From contig PNAP01000034.1 of NCBI GenBank assembly GCA_003169735.1, positions 45,648 through 109,647 on the forward strand: a stretch of DNA of 64,000 nt, given 5' to 3'. This DNA is from Chloroflexota bacterium. GTDB lineage: Bacteria; Chloroflexota; Limnocylindria; Limnocylindrales; CSP1-4. This document shows, piece after piece, positions 59,874 to 64,000 of this stretch (positions within the stretch are counted from its first letter, which is position 1; each line of letters starts with the position of its first letter). The notes beneath the pieces were generated by a model, which had not been told where the DNA came from, made no database searches, and saw only the letters and a list, made by a program, of their open reading frames with translations. The position numbers and the translations under genes are program-made.

Positions 59874-61199
59874 TCACGTGCCCGAGGTCGCCGTCGTGAG
59901 ATCGCCCGAGCCAACGCCTGCCGGTTCCTGAGCGTCTGGCGCCTTGACCTTTCGGCGGAACATCACCCCCGCGGTCAGTGCCGCCGAGCCGATGACGAGG
60001 CCCGCCAGGATGAAGACCGTCCGGACGGTCAGCAGGTCGCCGAAGACCCCGGCGAGCGCCATCGACAGGACGCTTGCCGCCGACATGACCGCGTTGAGGG
60101 TCGAGGCGACTCGCCCGCGCTCGCGATCATCGGTCGCCGTCTGGACGATGGTGCCGATGGCCGCGTTGAGCGGCGTGACGAACCAGCCCATGAGGAACAG
60201 CAGGACGATGACCTGCCAGACGCTGGTCACGCCACCGACGAACCCGATGGCGACGGCGATTCCGGCAAGGCCGATGACCACGATGGTGGTCGGGCGAGCC
60301 CTTGCCGCCAGGGTCGCCACGAGGCCCGCGGCCAGGATCATCGATGCCGTCTGGGCGGCATCGACCGCGCCGAGCCACGTCGTCGGCACCTGCAGGTCAC
60401 GGATCATGAGCGGCACGAACAGGACGTTGACGGCTCCGAGGCCGAGCATCGTCACACCGGCCGCGATCATCGTGCCGAGCAGCAGCGGCGATCCGACGAC
60501 GAGCGCGAGGCCATGGCGGAGCGACGCGAAGACGCCCGTCGCCGCGTGCGGCGCGTGCGGCGCGTGCGGCGCGTGAGGATCGGCGGGATCGGCCTCCACC
60601 CTGCCGCTCGTCCGGACGCGCAGCACGATGCTGAACGAGACGACGAAGGTCGCAGCGTCGATCACGAACGCCGGCCACGCGACACCGGCAAGGCCGACGA
60701 TGAGACCCGCCAGTGCGGCGCCCGCCACGCCCGCGATGACGCGCGTCATCTGATTGAGCGAGTTCGCCGCCATCAGCCCGTTGCGCGCCACGACGCGCGG
60801 GATGAGTGCCATGCGCGCCGGATTGAAGAACGTGCCGATGGTGGCGTGAGCGATGGCGACCAGGTACAGCAATGGCAGTCGGTCGCCGGTGGCGCCGAGG
60901 ATGAAGCCGAGGACGAGGCCGGCACGCAGCAGGTCGGACGCGAGCATCACCCGCCGCCGATCCCAGCGGTCGACGAAGACGCCGGCGATGGGCCCGACGA
61001 CGATGGCCGGCACGGCCAGGGCGATGGCCATCAGCGCCAGCGCAGCGGTCGAACCGGTCAACCGGACGACGACGATCAGCAACGTCAGGTTGGTCAGCGC
61101 GTCGCCGATGTCGGAGATGCCCTGGGCGGCCCACAGGCGGCGATAGTCAGGGATGCGCAGGACGGCTCGTGCGCCGAGGGGGGCGGTCTGATCGGTCAT
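59874..61199 (-). CDS. MFS transporter (DHA3/EntS-like, 12 TM)
   Basis: 12 TM segments. The central loop carries a (HAP)4 repeat encoded by a 9-nt tandem repeat at 60545-60575. Confidence 0.8.
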   Translation of the reverse strand: MTDQTAPLGARAVLRIPDYRRLWAAQGISDIGDALTNLTLLIVVVRLTGSTAALALMAIALAVPAIVVGPIAGVFVDRWDRRRVMLASDLLRAGLVLGFILGATGDRLPLLYLVAIAHATIGTFFNPARMALIPRVVARNGLMAANSLNQMTRVIAGVAGAALAGLIVGLAGVAWPAFVIDAATFVVSFSIVLRVRTSGRVEADPADPHAPHAPHAPHAATGVFASLRHGLALVVGSPLLLGTMIAAGVTMLGLGAVNVLFVPLMIRDLQVPTTWLGAVDAAQTASMILAAGLVATLAARARPTTIVVIGLAGIAVAIGFVGGVTSVWQVIVLLFLMGWFVTPLNAAIGTIVQTATDDRERGRVASTLNAVMSAASVLSMALAGVFGDLLTVRTVFILAGLVIGSAALTAGVMFRRKVKAPDAQEPAGVGSGDLTTATSGT

Positions 61200-61855
61200 C
61201 GGGTCTCCTCCTTCGTCGGGGACGGCACGTCGGCCATCGGGTAGAAGGCCACGACAAGGCCATAGAGGCGCTGCCCGCGTTTCGCATCCACGTCGGGCGT
61301 CGCGCTGGCCTCTTCGCCGAACTCGGTCAGCAACGCTCGCAGGCGCTCGCGAAACTCGGCGGCTCGCTCCGGAGGCAGGCGGTCGAGAGCTTTGGAGAGG
61401 AGGATGGGCTCAGGGTCGGTCGACTCGCGATCGAGGCTCGCCACGCCGGCGCGGATGGCCCGCTGGATGTCCTCGCCCGCCCCACCGAAGATGGTCGCAA
61501 GGACAGGACCGAGCGCATCGTCGCCGTGCTCGCTCATCGACAGCAGACCGTGGCCGATCGAGATGTTGGCGGCCACCAGCTGGTACCGCTTCTCGAGGAT
61601 GCCCGATACCAGCCGACTGCCGGTGACGACCAGCAATCCATGCTCTTCGAGCAGGTTGACGTGGTAGTAGAGCTTGGTCGGCGGTTCGCCGAGCGCCGTG
61701 GCGAGCCCCTTGACCGTCCACGGCTCGTCGGGGCGTGACGCCATCGATTCCAGGAGGCGGAGGCGAAGCGGGTCGGCCAGGACCCGCACCGTTTCGAGCC
61801 GCGTGATGCGGTGCTCGGCGGCGAGCGTGAACACCTTTTGACGCTTCGCTGTCAT
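61196..61855 (-). CDS. ArsR-family winged-helix regulator with C-terminal extension
   Basis: VLADPLRLRLLESM...LYYHVNLLEEHGLL. Its stop overlaps the MFS start. Confidence 0.6.
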   Translation of the reverse strand: MTAKRQKVFTLAAEHRITRLETVRVLADPLRLRLLESMASRPDEPWTVKGLATALGEPPTKLYYHVNLLEEHGLLVVTGSRLVSGILEKRYQLVAANISIGHGLLSMSEHGDDALGPVLATIFGGAGEDIQRAIRAGVASLDRESTDPEPILLSKALDRLPPERAAEFRERLRALLTEFGEEASATPDVDAKRGQRLYGLVVAFYPMADVPSPTKEETR

Positions 61856-61872
61856 TCGTGGCCCCTGTACCG

Positions 61873-61888
61873 TTCAGCAAGTGCTGAA
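61873..61888. promoter_or_regulatory. 7-2-7 inverted repeat TTCAGCA-AG-TGCTGAA, candidate operator
   Basis: Perfect 7-bp arms located 18 bp upstream of the ArsR-family regulator start codon, in a lower-GC divergent intergenic region. Confidence 0.35.
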
Positions 61889-62142
61889 TGACAGGATGCC
61901 GATGAATGATCAGCTAGTCAAGGCCCTATCTGCCCCCACAACGCCCCCAAAACCACGCCGTGAGGACCAAATGGACGGCCACATGCGGCCGAATGGCACT
62001 TGCCCCATCGACTCGATGGGAGGACATTGAGCGAGTCGGAGTGTTTGGTTCCGCCGGCGATGAAAACGGCCGGTCCGATCGGGTTGCCGAACCGCGCTGA
62101 GCCGTGACGGACGTTACCTCGTCGACCCTGCGGAGGTGCTGT

Positions 62143-62328
62143 ATGTCGCTCCAACGGACGACTCTCGGTCGGAGCCTCACGTCCCATCTCGATGCCGAGC
62201 ACATCGCCCTGATCCTGGCCTTCGCCGTCGCGCTGATCCTCGTCGTGGCCACGATCGCCGGGGTGCACGGAGCCGGCACCTATGTCATCACGCCGGATCC
62301 TGCCGCCGGTCTCGGGCTGCCGTTCTGA
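62143..62328 (+). CDS. Hypothetical small membrane protein (61 aa)
   Basis: SD GGAGGTG lies 6 nt upstream of the ATG. There is a single TM helix ALILAFAVALILVVATIAGV. Confidence 0.4.
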   Translation: MSLQRTTLGRSLTSHLDAEHIALILAFAVALILVVATIAGVHGAGTYVITPDPAAGLGLPF

Positions 62329-62360
62329 ACGACGGCTTCGCGGCGACCTAGACTCTGGCG

Positions 62361-62747
62361 GTGCCATCGAGCTACACCGCCGGCAATGAATACCTGACGC
62401 CGTCGCGCATCCACGCGGATCGCGCGGCGGCGACGCTCGATATCGACTGGTCGGACGGCCACCAGACGCGCTACGACTTCGTGACGCTTCGCTGGCTGTG
62501 TCCGTGTGCCTTCTGCCGCGGCGAGGCGGGCATGCCCGGCTGGCTCGATTCGAAGCCGACCCTGACCGAAGCCCAGACCACCCTGACCGACCTCGAGCTG
62601 GTCGGCCAGTACGCCGTTGCGCCGACCTGGGCGGATGGCCACCACACCGGCTATTACACATTCCAGAGGTTGCGCGAGGAGTGCCCTTGCCCTGAAGATG
62701 CCGCACGCCGGGCCACCACCCCGCATGCCGCGCATCGGCTCGGCTGA
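62361..62747 (+). CDS. DUF971 domain protein
   Basis: IDWSDGHQTRYDFVTLRWLCPCAFCRGE and a second CPCPED pair, the DUF971 Cys pattern. Confidence 0.65.
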   Translation: MPSSYTAGNEYLTPSRIHADRAAATLDIDWSDGHQTRYDFVTLRWLCPCAFCRGEAGMPGWLDSKPTLTEAQTTLTDLELVGQYAVAPTWADGHHTGYYTFQRLREECPCPEDAARRATTPHAAHRLG

Positions 62748-62762
62748 AAGCAGTCCCGCACC

Positions 62763-64000
62763 ATGACCGCCGTCCGACAGCCGGCTGCGACGCGCCGCGC
62801 CAGAGCGCGACCCGACGCCACCATCCCGTACATCAATCGCGAGCTTTCGTGGCTCGATTTCAACGCCCGCATCCTGTTCGAAGCGACCGACGAACGGAAT
62901 CCGCTGCTCGAGCGGACGCGTTTCCTGGCCATCTTCGCCAGCAACATGGACGAGTTCTTCCAGGTTCGAGTGGCCGGTCTGAAGCAACAGCTGCTGGCTC
63001 GCCACTCCTCGCCGTCGCCCGACGGGCTGTCCGCGCGCGACGTCCTGGAGAAGATCAGGACGCGCGTGCTGCCCCTCATCGCGCTGCACGCGCGGACCTT
63101 CGCCGGAATCAAGGACGAGCTGGCGGACGCCGGCATCCGGATCGTCGCCTATGACGAGCGCCCGGAGCGCCAGGTCGAGCTGCGCGAGCGCTTCGTGGAC
63201 GAGATCTTCCCCGTCCTGACGCCGCTCGCGGTCGACCCCGGCCACCCGTTCCCGTATATCAGCGACCTGTCACTGTCGCTCGCGGTGACCGTGCGCGATC
63301 CGGAGACCGGCGAGCGGCACTTCGCGCGCATCAAGGTGCCGCCCGTCCTGCCGCGTCTCTGGGAAGTCGGCGTACGGACCTACGTGCTGCTCGAGCAGAT
63401 CATCGCGGCCAACCTCGCCGCGCTCTTCCCGGGCATGGTCGTCGAGGAGCACCACCTCTTTCGCGTGACGCGCAACGCCGACCTGTCCATCGAGGAGGAC
63501 GAGGCAGACGACCTGCTGCTGGCCATCGAGGAGGAGCTCCGCAAGCGCCGCTTCGGCAAGGTGGTCCGGCTCGAGGTCGAGCGATCGATGCCGCATGCCA
63601 CGCGGGCGCTGCTGCGCTCAGGCCTCGGGCTGGAAGAGCAGGACGTCTACGAGATCGCCGGCATGCTCGACCTCACGGCACTGGCAGCCATCGCCGACAT
63701 CGACATGCCCGAGCTCCAGCCACGGCCCTGGCAGCCGGTCGTGCCGCTGCGGCTCCAGCAGCCCGACGAGGATGAGGAGGTCGACATCTTCGCGGCCATC
63801 CGCGAAGGCGACATCCTCCTCCACCACCCGTACGACTCGTTCGCCGGCTCGGTGCAGCGGTTCGTCGAGCAGGCGGCCAGCGACCCCGACGTCCTGACCA
63901 TCAAGCAGACCCTCTACCGAACGAGCGGCGATTCGCCCATCGTGCGCGCGCTCATCGAGGCGGCCGAGCGCGGCAAGCAGGTCGTGGCCATGGTCGAGAT
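62763..64000 (+). CDS. ppk: Polyphosphate kinase 1 (N-terminal ~410 aa; continues past window end)
   Basis: YINRELSWLDFNARIL, RFLAIFASNMDEFFQVRVAG and the PPK N/H domains. It has no stop within the window, so it is absent from the ORF track. Confidence 0.85.
   Translation, partial: MTAVRQPAATRRARARPDATIPYINRELSWLDFNARILFEATDERNPLLERTRFLAIFASNMDEFFQVRVAGLKQQLLARHSSPSPDGLSARDVLEKIRTRVLPLIALHARTFAGIKDELADAGIRIVAYDERPERQVELRERFVDEIFPVLTPLAVDPGHPFPYISDLSLSLAVTVRDPETGERHFARIKVPPVLPRLWEVGVRTYVLLEQIIAANLAALFPGMVVEEHHLFRVTRNADLSIEEDEADDLLLAIEEELRKRRFGKVVRLEVERSMPHATRALLRSGLGLEEQDVYEIAGMLDLTALAAIADIDMPELQPRPWQPVVPLRLQQPDEDEEVDIFAAIREGDILLHHPYDSFAGSVQRFVEQAASDPDVLTIKQTLYRTSGDSPIVRALIEAAERGKQVVAMVE

Noticed and set aside
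1-64000. CRISPR arrays, rRNA and tRNA genes
   Set aside because: No regularly spaced direct repeats, no rRNA-like conserved blocks, and no tRNA cloverleaf candidates were seen on reading the intergenic regions.

Overview
This is a very high-GC (~70-73%) window of tightly packed genes that looks actinobacterial (MMPL transporter, PpgK, Stealth/CpsY-like protein, F420 enzymes, PT-linker lipoproteins). I annotated about 60 genes. Central metabolism is represented by ppc, aceE, citrate synthase, pncA, deoD, deoC and trxB. A coenzyme-F420 island is co-linear and partly translationally coupled: DUF1684, an FDOR/PPOX-like protein, fgd, cofD, cofC, a standalone cofE and an LLM oxidoreductase, with a second LLM elsewhere. 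Transport genes include an OpuC-type glycine-betaine ABC importer and a Zur-znuACB zinc uptake locus. Three polyphosphate genes are present (ppgK, ppx, ppk1). A lower-GC islet carries a Stealth-family hexose-1-phosphotransferase next to a sulfotransferase, a membrane-embedded SpeE-like protein and an MsbA-type exporter. A tight plus-strand operon encodes methyltransferase, GGR-family FAD reductase, Nudix, SRPBCC and KAS, ending next to an MMPL exporter. The most unusual observations follow. A Nudix domain ORF has no start codon and lies in frame after a single TGA behind the FAD reductase. A truncated ALDH paralog is coupled to a full ALDH. A ~490 bp gene-free region holds a 34-nt perfect palindrome. 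A ~180-nt candidate structured RNA lies between AlkA and MMPL. CofE lacks the FbiB nitroreductase domain even though cofC is present. I saw no CRISPR array, rRNA or tRNA.
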